Shown here piece after piece: positions 26,378 to 35,242 of a stretch of DNA of 52,947 nt. A program made the translations under genes and the position numbers. The notes under the pieces are model-generated. The model was not told where the DNA came from, did no database searches, and worked only from the letters and a program-made list of their open reading frames with translations. Source of the DNA: a virus (Duplodnaviria; Caudoviricetes); IMG/VR virus record IMGVR_UViG_3300025759_000132, positions 1 through 52,947 of that record; one strand, 5' to 3'. Each line of letters opens with the position of its first letter. The first letter of the stretch is position 1.

Positions 26378-28089
26378 GCTGCAATCCTTGAAAAATTCTT
26401 TACCTTCTCAAATCGAATTACTGATCTAAATTTATCTTGCAATACGTCGCCACGATGACTAATGATGAATAGATTGGTACCATCATTAAACTCATGGAAG
26501 ATTTTAGTCAATGACTCAACGCCTACTTCATCAAGCGAACTATCAAATACCTCATCGAGTATAAGTAAGTTAGTGTGAACAGAGTTTTTCATTTTTGCGA
26601 TTGCCCGCCAAGTCAGAAGAAGAGCAATATTCAATCTTGCTTTCTCACCTTCGCTGAATGATGCGTAACTAAACTCATCACGATGGCGAGACTTGATTAC
26701 TTCTTCAAAATTTTCGTTCAATTCGAAGTTAACAAAGAACTCCATTGATGCAAGATATTTATTGATCAAAGTGTTCATTACTGGAATATATTGACGAACA
26801 ATTTGTGTTTTAATACCTTTATCCTTTAGTAATTCTGCAGCTACATCAAGGATTGATTTTTCGTTTATAAGTTCTTCTCTTTTCTTTCCATGACTCTCAA
26901 TTAATTTTTTCAGTTCACGAATCTTTTTATTCTCTTCTTTGAGATTGCCAGACTCGTTATCCTCAATCTGTAAATCTGAATTAAGTTTTTGAATGTATCG
27001 ATTAATAGAAGATACCTGATTGTTCTTATCGGTAACTGCTTCATTGATTGTATTGATGTGTCTATTGACTTCAAATATATCTAAGAGTCGTTCATTGTAC
27101 TTACGGAGTTCACTGTCAAGTTTCTCCATTGCATTTTCAATTTCAGTAATTTTAGATTTATCTTTATCAACGTTTTTACATTTATGATCTTCAGTGATTA
27201 CCTGTTCACATGTTGGGCAACTATCGTTGTTCTCATAAAATTCAATAGACTTTTTAAACTTTCGAATCTTATCTTCAAATGTTGATTCTATTCTTTTAAT
27301 CTCATTGAGTTTAACCTTAACATCGCCTTCGTCAGTGATTGTTGATTCTAACTCTTTGATCTTGGTATTATGTTTTTGAATCATTTCACTCAAATCAGAA
27401 ATAGACTTCTCAGATTTTTCAATCTCAGATTTTAAAGATTTGAGCCTTTCTTTATTCTTAGATTTAATCTCTTCAATGTACTGTAGATGGACTCCAAGTT
27501 TCTCTTCATCAACATCCATACTATTCTTACAGTCACGAATATCAATTTTGTTTTGTTGAACTTTCTCTTTTAAAAGAAGATTCATAACAGTAAAGATTTT
27601 AATATCAAGAAGGTCTTCAATGATTTCACGCCGTTGATGAGCTGGTAACTGCATAAACGGAACAAATGTCGATGAACCAAGAATCACAATCTGTGTAAAT
27701 GAAGTATAGTTAAGTTTGAGAATATTCTTTTCTAGATGTTCTTGATAGTCTTTTACCGATGCTGTTTGATCGATCAATTGATCATTAATATAGATTTCAA
27801 ACTTATGTGGTTTCAATCCACGAATCACTTTGTATGAAAGTTTTCCAATCGAGAACTCAATCTCAACCAGAGCACCTTTCTCGTTTACAGAGTTGATCAG
27901 TTGTGGTTTATTAATCTTGCGAAATGGTTTACCGAATAGACAAAAACACAGAGCATCAAGCACCGTGGATTTACCTGCTCCATTCTCACCAATGATAAGT
28001 GTATTTGGACTTCGATTTAAATCGATCTCAGTCCATACATTACCTGTTGATAAGAAGTTTTGCCATTTTACTTTATGAAACTGAATCAA
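26374..28089 (-). CDS. gp46: Recombination nuclease ATPase subunit (Rad50/SbcC-like)
   Basis: NFLSTGN, GENGAGKST, CPTC hook, FSEGEK, LILDEVFD; likely TTG start at 28089. Confidence 0.95.
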   Translation of the reverse strand: MIQFHKVKWQNFLSTGNVWTEIDLNRSPNTLIIGENGAGKSTVLDALCFCLFGKPFRKINKPQLINSVNEKGALVEIEFSIGKLSYKVIRGLKPHKFEIYINDQLIDQTASVKDYQEHLEKNILKLNYTSFTQIVILGSSTFVPFMQLPAHQRREIIEDLLDIKIFTVMNLLLKEKVQQNKIDIRDCKNSMDVDEEKLGVHLQYIEEIKSKNKERLKSLKSEIEKSEKSISDLSEMIQKHNTKIKELESTITDEGDVKVKLNEIKRIESTFEDKIRKFKKSIEFYENNDSCPTCEQVITEDHKCKNVDKDKSKITEIENAMEKLDSELRKYNERLLDIFEVNRHINTINEAVTDKNNQVSSINRYIQKLNSDLQIEDNESGNLKEENKKIRELKKLIESHGKKREELINEKSILDVAAELLKDKGIKTQIVRQYIPVMNTLINKYLASMEFFVNFELNENFEEVIKSRHRDEFSYASFSEGEKARLNIALLLTWRAIAKMKNSVHTNLLILDEVFDSSLDEVGVESLTKIFHEFNDGTNLFIISHRGDVLQDKFRSVIRFEKVKNFSRIAA

Positions 28090-29147
28090 ATGTCTGAGCC
28101 TCAATATACAGATTAGAGAATAATGAATTAAGTTTTTTCTTATCAATATCTGTATTCATAGTATTAACATAATTCTGTAGAGTCGTTAGCGTATCCTCTA
28201 CTTCACTAATAATATCTTCTTCTTGTAATGCATCCATGTGTTTATTATCTTCAACGATGGACACATTAGCAGGATTCTCTTTATAGAGATTATCCATCAT
28301 AATATCAAACCAATATGGATTTGTCTTATTCTGAACAATTACTTTTACATAACAGTCATTATATACCGAGAAATCATATTTGTCAAGCATTTTTTCTAAA
28401 GTAGTATCAACATCATCATACCAAACTTTGTGAAACATACGATACGGATTTTGAATAAAATCTAATTCTCTCGTTTCCGAATCAAAGATATGAAATCCTC
28501 GATTATCATTATAATCATTCCAAGTAAGCTCATAGGGATTACCCAGATAATGAATGTTACCATTGCTAGACTTATGGTGAAAATGACCAGAACATACCAT
28601 ATCAAACTTATTAAAAATTCCAGGATCCATACCATCATGTGATTCCAATCCTCGATACATCGCAAATCCTGCAAGTTCAAGATGACCAAACAAGATTTGT
28701 GATTTTGTTTTCTTTACAAACTCCATTGAACTCGTATAGTTTTCATTATTAATCCATGGTAGCATAACAATACTAACACCATCAAACTCAACATCTTTCG
28801 GATCTGCATACGTAATGATATTAGGCGAACGAAACAACTCCATCATTGCGTTAATAGAGTTTGTATTCCTGTAGGGAATGTCATGGTTTCCGACGATGAC
28901 ATGCATCGTAATTCCAAGTTCTTCCAATCGATTGATAAAGATGTTCTTGAAGCGGTGCAAGGTAACGTAGTTAATAAACTTACGACGATCAACAATGTCG
29001 CCAAGATGAAAAATGGTCGTGATGCCTTCTTCAACCAACTTTGGAAAAAATACATTGTTATAAAACTTTTCAAAAAAATCTAAGAACTGCTTGCTATCAC
29101 CACGAACGCCGAAAGTGTGTGTCGGTCAAAATAGCTGCTTTAGTCAT
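28073..29147 (-). CDS. gp47: Recombination nuclease subunit (Mre11/SbcD-like), with a +1 frameshift at codon 12
   Basis: MTKAAILTDTHF in one frame, GVRGDS..HLGD..GNHD..GHFH in the +1 frame; span is 3n+1. Confidence 0.9.
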
Positions 29148-29298
29148 TTACCGAATCTCCTTTCCTTAAAAAATTAAACTCGTAAATATCAATACTACCT
29201 GTATTATATGCTCTTTGGATCAACGAATCAATAGATTTTTGATCTAATTTTTCTATATCTTCATCAATAGATTTACAAAAAAATCTAAACGACATCAT
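29140..29298 (-). CDS. Small passenger ORF of HNH cassette; supplies SD for gp47
   Basis: MMSFRFFCK..; its end contains AAGGAG and overlaps the gp47 ATG. Confidence 0.5.
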   Translation of the reverse strand: MMSFRFFCKSIDEDIEKLDQKSIDSLIQRAYNTGSIDIYEFNFLRKGDSVND

Positions 29299-29995
29299 TG
29301 CTTTTTGGTACTGGTCCATTCTTACCAATCCTTGATTCTGGGTCAATACCATTCAAGTAGTATTTTTTATATAAACCTTTTGATACACCAGTGGCTTTTT
29401 GTAATTCACTCCATCCAATATAAACAGCGCCTTTGTATTCTAATCTTTTGGAATGTTTTAACTTGAATGCTTGACCGCCTTTACTTGCTCTCTTTATTTG
29501 TTCATCATAATACTTATTTGGGTCTTCTTTTTTTCTTTTTGATTGAGATTCACTAAAGATTTTACTTGTTTTTTTTCTACGTTCATCGTTATCTTCCCAA
29601 TGCCCAGTAACAATATCGCTTAATTTTTGCCGATATTTTAAATCTTTATTTCTTTCTGGATGGAACACGTTTTTAAGAAACTTTGAGTGTTTTTTTCTAT
29701 TATGTTCATACGCTCTTGAAGTTGAAGTTCTACTAAACACCATACGATGTAATGCCCAAGACATTTTAATCAAATCATTTTTTGATTGTACCATTTTTGT
29801 TAAAAGAAGGTGGACAATATAATGTTCCTTTGAGGTTAACAATACAAGGTTTTCAACATCATTAGATCCACCCAAACTTTTAGGTATGATATGGTGTGAT
29901 TCAAAGTATCCATCTTTTTTACTACGATTTAATTTTTTTGCATTTTCTATAATAGCATAGTACCAATTGGTATACTTGTTTTTCTTATAAGTCAT
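29285..29995 (-). mobile_element. Free-standing HNH homing endonuclease (Mob-like)
   Basis: ESHHIIPKSLGGSNDVENLVLLTSKEHYIVH; AT-rich; late promoter at 30028-30035. Confidence 0.88.
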
Positions 29996-30060
29996 TACTT
30001 ACTCCAATGTTACTTTGGTCTCAGTATTATTTATAAGAAATGGGTTTTACATCGCTGCTT

Positions 30061-30615
30061 TCATTTAATTTCTTCCATAAAAACATCTACTGGTTTAATA
30101 CCAATCTTTTTCTGTTTTAGTTTTTCTTCAAAGTCTTCAATAAAGGTATCAATGTGATCTCTTGACCATTCGTTAGATTTAGAATTTTTAATAGGCGGTG
30201 AGTCATGGTTTTGTATATCAAATCCTCCTTCACCTACCAATAAATGATCACCATATTTGTACTTAGTGTATAGATGCTTCTTCTCTTTCGCAATCCTACG
30301 TAAATATGCGTAGTAAATAATCTGTGTAAAATATGCAAATGGATTTTGTGACTTCTCTGGATTAAAATTATGCATATATGTCAAACTATTTTCAATACCA
30401 TCCGAAATCATTTCTTCTTTAAATGGATAGTTAATAAAGTTTGGTTTATGTGATAGATTAACAGCAATCTTCATAATACACTCACCAATATAAATTGACA
30501 CTTGTGGTTTTTCTTTTCCTTCTTTCTCAGCCTGTTCATATTGTTTTTTATATTCACACATTGCTTCAAAAAAATCTTTATTATTCACATAGTGTTTACT
30601 TTTTTTCTTTGCCAT
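30061..30615 (-). CDS. gp55: Late-transcription sigma factor
   Basis: HYVNNKDF, IGECIMKIA, EMISDGIEN, NPFAYFTQIIYYAYLRRI. Confidence 0.96.
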   Translation of the reverse strand: MAKKKSKHYVNNKDFFEAMCEYKKQYEQAEKEGKEKPQVSIYIGECIMKIAVNLSHKPNFINYPFKEEMISDGIENSLTYMHNFNPEKSQNPFAYFTQIIYYAYLRRIAKEKKHLYTKYKYGDHLLVGEGGFDIQNHDSPPIKNSKSNEWSRDHIDTFIEDFEEKLKQKKIGIKPVDVFMEEIK

Positions 30616-30618
30616 ATT

Positions 30619-30972
30619 TTAATGCACCTTTATAGAATTATTCGCATATTTTTCATACATCGCATCAATCACTTTGTGGTTTTCTTCATTATCACCATGA
30701 TAATCTTTGAGTGATTCTGTTGCCTCGATATAGTAATCAATAACATCCTGTTCAACTTCACAAGACAAAAGAACAGTACTCATATCAATTATAAAATCTT
30801 CTTTTTGAGTATATGGAATCCACTTTGCAAGTTTGATACTCGCACCTTTATATGTGTTGTAAATAAAAATTTGCATTGGATCGCTGAGAATCAAACTTTC
30901 CATATTATTCTCAACATAGGAAATAATATTATCACCATTAACTAATTTTAAGTATAATACATTGTTATTCAT
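30619..30972 (-). CDS. Conserved hypothetical protein (Sm-like fold likely)
   Basis: LKLVNGDNII, KWIPY; position between uvsW and gp55. Confidence 0.65.
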   Translation of the reverse strand: MNNNVLYLKLVNGDNIISYVENNMESLILSDPMQIFIYNTYKGASIKLAKWIPYTQKEDFIIDMSTVLLSCEVEQDVIDYYIEATESLKDYHGDNEENHKVIDAMYEKYANNSIKVH

Positions 30973-30985
30973 TTGTCAATACTTT

Positions 30986-32473
30986 TTATAGTTTTATATT
31001 GTACAGTTTATATTCAAACTCTTCTTCATTATATATTTTAACTCTTTCACTGAAATGAGTCAATGTATAATTCACTTTTGTTTTGTATCGGAGATCGTCG
31101 GCGATGTCGAAGAGAGTCGCCCTATCTTTTGCATCACCCTTACGTAGCCCTCTACCAATAGACTGCAGATTACGTATACGAGACTTAGAGGGAGAAGCAA
31201 AAATAATATTATGAAGATTGCGTATATTAATCCCAGTACTGAAGGTACCGTACGACGCAATGATAATGGCGTTGCTTTCATTCTCAGTAATTTCCCTGAT
31301 TTTTTCGCGAGTCGATGCATCGGTTCCTCCATAAACGAAAAAAACCTTTCTATCATCTTCAACTGCTTTTGAAATAGATTCATATAATATTTTCCCATGT
31401 TTTTCTACAAATTGAAATAACAAAAGAGTATTACCATTAAGTGATAATGTAAGATTTTGAATGAACTTATTACGTTTTGGATTGCTTACGATGAAGTCCA
31501 TCTCATCCTGATACTTCATCTTACTTACAAGTTTCTTATCTTCATCAGAGTGTTTCAGTACAAGGCACTTGATTCTAAAGTTAGCAAGATGGTCCTGCTC
31601 AATCAACTCTTTTGTTTTGACAAACTGTTTAACCTTACCAAACAATCCTTCAAGAACTAACTTGTGAGTTTGTGTACCATCAAGTGTACCAGTAAATCCA
31701 AATCGATACTTACATCCAATCAATTTTGTCATAATAGAAGTAAGTGACTTTGCTTTAAATAGATGGCACTCATCACCAATGACAACTTCATATTGAGCAA
31801 AATAATCTTTGCGAAGTTTATACAGTGACTGCCATGTAGAAATAACAATCGGACAATCTGATTGTTTTTCTTGACCAGACATAACAATGTGAATATCATC
31901 TTCGTGCATTCCGTATTCAATAAAATCAGAACGCATTTGATAGACAAGTGATGTAGTTGGTACAATGATTAGAGTTTTTGATTTATAGTATTGAACAAGA
32001 AGCCAGATAATAAATGACTTACCAGAAGCCGTAGGTGATACAAGTAGACCACGATTATTACGAACGAGATGAGTGAAACTATCAACCTGATAATCTCTTG
32101 CCTCAAACTTTGTATTGAGACTATCGATGAATTCATTTGCTTCTTTTAAAGAAAAACTATTCTGTACTTCTACATTTTCAGCAAGTTCAATTTCATAGTC
32201 ACGTTCATTTGCAAAATGTTCAACATAAGGTAATAGACCAAGATATAGTTCTTTTTTACCAGAGTCGAATAAATATATTTTGCCTGACCACATACGATTA
32301 CGATACGTTGGCATAAACTTATAACCAGGTACGTAAAATGAAAAGAATTCCGATAATTCCTGACGAATGGAATTATCAGATTCAATTTTCATATAGACTT
32401 CGTTCACTTTAGTAATAATCAATTTATCCGACTCTATATTATTTTCTGGCAGAAACTGTGGTGGGAATGTCAT
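30986..32473 (-). CDS. uvsW: SF2 helicase UvsW
   Basis: SPTASGKS, DECH, GFTGT, QSIGRGLR. Confidence 0.96.
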   Translation of the reverse strand: MTFPPQFLPENNIESDKLIITKVNEVYMKIESDNSIRQELSEFFSFYVPGYKFMPTYRNRMWSGKIYLFDSGKKELYLGLLPYVEHFANERDYEIELAENVEVQNSFSLKEANEFIDSLNTKFEARDYQVDSFTHLVRNNRGLLVSPTASGKSFIIWLLVQYYKSKTLIIVPTTSLVYQMRSDFIEYGMHEDDIHIVMSGQEKQSDCPIVISTWQSLYKLRKDYFAQYEVVIGDECHLFKAKSLTSIMTKLIGCKYRFGFTGTLDGTQTHKLVLEGLFGKVKQFVKTKELIEQDHLANFRIKCLVLKHSDEDKKLVSKMKYQDEMDFIVSNPKRNKFIQNLTLSLNGNTLLLFQFVEKHGKILYESISKAVEDDRKVFFVYGGTDASTREKIREITENESNAIIIASYGTFSTGINIRNLHNIIFASPSKSRIRNLQSIGRGLRKGDAKDRATLFDIADDLRYKTKVNYTLTHFSERVKIYNEEEFEYKLYNIKL

Positions 32474-32990
32474 TTTTTCTCATTCTTGTTCTTCCCCATC
32501 CTCTATCACTACTCAACCAAGGCTTTACTCGTTTAACTCTCTCTGATCTATTTTTCGAATCTCGTAAAGCTGCTTGACGTATTTTTTCTTTCACTTCAGG
32601 GCGTTTTGTTGGATTCTTATCACCTAGCATGCCTCCTCCGGCATGATTTCTATGATCCATCCTACCTTCATCCCAAGCCTTTTTTATTGCTAGTCCTCTT
32701 TTTTCACGATCAGCTCTGGAACCAAACTCTTTTTGTTTTTCTGGATCATTAAAAACACAATTACTTCTACCTTTCCTCCATCCTTCTGGTATTGGATCTT
32801 CTCTTTCGACAAATCTATTTATTTCGCCATTTGTGATCCATTTTTTTGGACCAGCATTGTGGACCGGAGCAATTCCTGGTACTCCGATTTGGATATTCTC
32901 GGATAATTTTTGATCGGAAATTTCTGGAATGCGACATTCTTCTAAGTCGAATATACGTTCCATATTCTCTTGTAATATATAAGTATACAT
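32439..32990 (-). CDS. Homing-endonuclease-related DNA-binding protein without a recognisable nuclease domain
   Basis: WITNG..IPEGWRKGR and NPTKRPEVKEKIRQAALR modules; no HNH or GIY-YIG motif seen. Confidence 0.6.
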   Translation of the reverse strand: MYTYILQENMERIFDLEECRIPEISDQKLSENIQIGVPGIAPVHNAGPKKWITNGEINRFVEREDPIPEGWRKGRSNCVFNDPEKQKEFGSRADREKRGLAIKKAWDEGRMDHRNHAGGGMLGDKNPTKRPEVKEKIRQAALRDSKNRSERVKRVKPWLSSDRGWGRTRMRKNDIPTTVSARK

Positions 32991-33060
32991 GCTGATACCT
33001 CCGTATTAGGTGTTAGAGTCAGTGGATGCGCCAACATCGCGACTGACATTATTATTTATA
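32991..33060 (-). ncRNA. Late promoter plus conserved structured 5' leader (copy 1)
   Basis: TATAAATA-N5-GTCAGT-CGC-GATG..CATC-C-ACTGAC-TCTAA..GGAG..CAGC-ATG. Confidence 0.6.
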
Positions 33061-33153
33061 ATGTCCTGAACTTTACGATGAATAATATTTTCATCATAAA
33101 TTCCATGAGAAGATAATATCTCCTTTACTGTTTCATATATTTCCCAATAACGT

Positions 33154-33624
33154 TTATTGTCCATTCGTAAACTGTAAAAATTTTATAGAATTTGAAATCA
33201 CAAACCCACGAGTGTTAATACTTTTTAGAATCTCTTCAAGCACATCTACCATTTCTTGTTGATATGCTATCTTTGTATTTATTTGTACCATATCCTCGTC
33301 ACTTTCAACGTAATATGATACCTCTTGTTTTAATCTTTTATGGGGATATGGTTCACGACCAATCTCTGCTAAATCTTCAGGATTGTTTAGATCACCACGA
33401 TAGTAATCCATTAGCCGTTGATGCAAATGTTTCTGCTTCATCTTCAAAGCACGGAGTTTTAATCTCTCTTCTGAGAAATATCGTAAATACTTACTATGAA
33501 GAAGTGGAATGTTTAAACTTTCACGAGATAGTTCAGTTTCATCAATCTTACTATCTTCTTGCCACATAGATATAATACCATCAATCTTCATTAATATACC
33601 TTTCAAATGATTAAAACTATTCAT
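33154..33624 (-). CDS. uvsY: Recombination mediator UvsY
   Basis: WQEDSKID, IPLLHSKY, YYRG, INTRGFVISNSI; start possibly 33591; sigma70-type promoter at 33643-33670. Confidence 0.9.
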   Translation of the reverse strand: MNSFNHLKGILMKIDGIISMWQEDSKIDETELSRESLNIPLLHSKYLRYFSEERLKLRALKMKQKHLHQRLMDYYRGDLNNPEDLAEIGREPYPHKRLKQEVSYYVESDEDMVQINTKIAYQQEMVDVLEEILKSINTRGFVISNSIKFLQFTNGQ

Positions 33625-33676
33625 AAAAGCGCTACAAGCACTATTATAACGTAGTTTTTAAAAATGTCAATAGATT

Positions 33677-34213
33677 TTATAGATTTTCTACAGTGAACTG
33701 ACGATATCGGAAAACCACTTCGGCTTCTAGATATTCAACATCAGATTGTGTAACATCAAACGAAAGTGGTGATAATGATAGAGGGAACATATCTTCAAAA
33801 GCGATACGAATCTTTGGATTGTTATTAGAAGAAAGAATCAAAATCGATCCATCAGAATAAACACCAGTACCCTGTTTTAGATCACGATATTGTTTTAGAT
33901 CGTTTGGATGACCAATACCAACAAGCCAGTCATGAATCTCAAGATAGTTAGTCATATTCTCATCAACACGAAATCTTAACATAAATGGTTCGTATGTGAT
34001 TCTATCACCTGGTCGTGGAATCTGTGCTAATGGATTTGGTTGTAAAATCTCTTGAACAGAGATAGTTGGCAGTGTAGCAGACTGACAAAAGTATTCTACA
34101 TTAGGAGCACGATTTAACTGAAATCGAAATCCTAATGGTGATAAGAAATTGATATTCTGTGTAAGAGGTGACTCTTCTAAAATATTCACACCAGTTTTTG
34201 GAATCAATGCCAT
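33677..34213 (-). CDS. gp3: Tail completion/sheath stabiliser (gp3-like)
   Basis: NFLSPLGFRF, YFCQSATLP, FRVDENMTNYLEIHDW, FEDMFPLSLS. Confidence 0.8.
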   Translation of the reverse strand: MALIPKTGVNILEESPLTQNINFLSPLGFRFQLNRAPNVEYFCQSATLPTISVQEILQPNPLAQIPRPGDRITYEPFMLRFRVDENMTNYLEIHDWLVGIGHPNDLKQYRDLKQGTGVYSDGSILILSSNNNPKIRIAFEDMFPLSLSPLSFDVTQSDVEYLEAEVVFRYRQFTVENL

Positions 34214-34452
34214 GTCGTATCCTTTATCAAATCTGCAAATCTATAATCATTCTTCTCGCCATAACTTACATTAACTTCTTTGATTACTGCTTCAATATTA
34301 TTTTTCCAATAATTTAAAAAGTTATGAACCTTTGGCAACTCAGGCGTAATATCTTTCGTCTGCCAAACGAACTCCTGAATGATGTCAGAATAATCTGGCA
34401 TGTAATATAATACATCAACGGTGACTATGTGTTTACGTATCCATATTCCCAT
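34204..34452 (-). CDS. Usg-like protein
   Basis: VLYYMPDY..IQEFVWQTKDITPELP..FLNYW; late promoter at 34458-34465. Confidence 0.75.
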   Translation of the reverse strand: MGIWIRKHIVTVDVLYYMPDYSDIIQEFVWQTKDITPELPKVHNFLNYWKNNIEAVIKEVNVSYGEKNDYRFADLIKDTTWH

Positions 34453-34581
34453 AACATTATTTATAAAACTTCATGTAATGACTGATAAGATTAGTCATCA
34501 AACCACTACAAAGACATTTATAAGAGTATTTCTAAAAACGACTAATCTTCGCCAAAAAAAATCAAAAAAACTGTCTGTTAT

Positions 34582-34658
34582 TATAAATAAAAGTGTCGGT
34601 CACGAGATGTGGCGTCTCTACCGACTCTAAGGAATAAAAACAGGGAGTATCCTCAGCT
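34582..34658 (+). ncRNA. Late promoter plus conserved structured 5' leader (copy 2)
   Basis: TATAAATA-N5-GTCGGT-CAC-GAGATG..CGTCTC-T-ACCGAC-TCTAA..GGAG..CAGC-T-ATG. Confidence 0.6.
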
Positions 34659-35219
34659 ATGGATATTTATTTACACAAACATCATATAGTTCCACGTCAT
34701 GCAGGTGGAACAGATGAACCAGAAAATCTCGTAGAACTTACTATTCTTGACCATGCAATTGCTCACCGTGCATTATGGAAGATGTATGGTCGATGGCAGG
34801 ATAAGATTGCTTGGCAGATGCTGAGTGGTCAAATTGATAACTATGAAGCACAACAAGAAGCAAGACGGTTGGCTAACTTGGGTAAAAAACTTTCCGAAGA
34901 ACACAAACAAAAAATTAGTAAAAGTAAGAAGAACCCAACAAAAAAAACTCGTGAAAAAATGAGCAAATCGAAAATGGGAAATCAACACCGTGTTGGACAT
35001 AAACATTCATATGAAACTAAAGAAATATGTCGACAAGCTGCGTTAAACCAGACTAATCATAATAGTGGTGGTTATACATTATCTGATGAATTTAAAGATA
35101 AATGTCGTCAAAGAATGCTGACAGATAATCCTGCCAAGAGACCTGAAGTGCGTGAAAAACTTCGTCAGGCAGCATTACGCAGAGAACAAAAAAAGAGGGG
35201 AGCCGAAGCTCCCCTCTAA
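34659..35219 (+). mobile_element. Free-standing HNH homing endonuclease with NUMOD3 repeats, antisense to all neighbours
   Basis: HKHHIVPRHAGGTDEPENLVELTILDHAIAH; KKLSEEHKQKIS. Confidence 0.88.
35188..35217 (-). terminator. Terminator after gp23
   Basis: AGAGGGGAGC-TTCG-GCTCCCCTCT followed by T run. Confidence 0.9.
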
Positions 35220-35242
35220 GTCTAACAACTTTATTGTTATTC

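Noticed and set aside
28090-28146. Listed gp46 start at 28146
   Set aside because: Lies inside gp47; conserved sequence begins at the TTG at 28089
29148-30046. Group I intron interrupting gp47 (likewise gp44)
   Set aside because: Inserts are almost fully occupied by ORFs, with no room for a catalytic core, and the gene ends are duplicated rather than split
33018-33047. Leader hairpin as hammerhead ribozyme or large HEARO/OMEGA-type guide RNA
   Set aside because: No CUGANGA/GAAA core, only ~70 nt, and no RuvC-type protein adjacent
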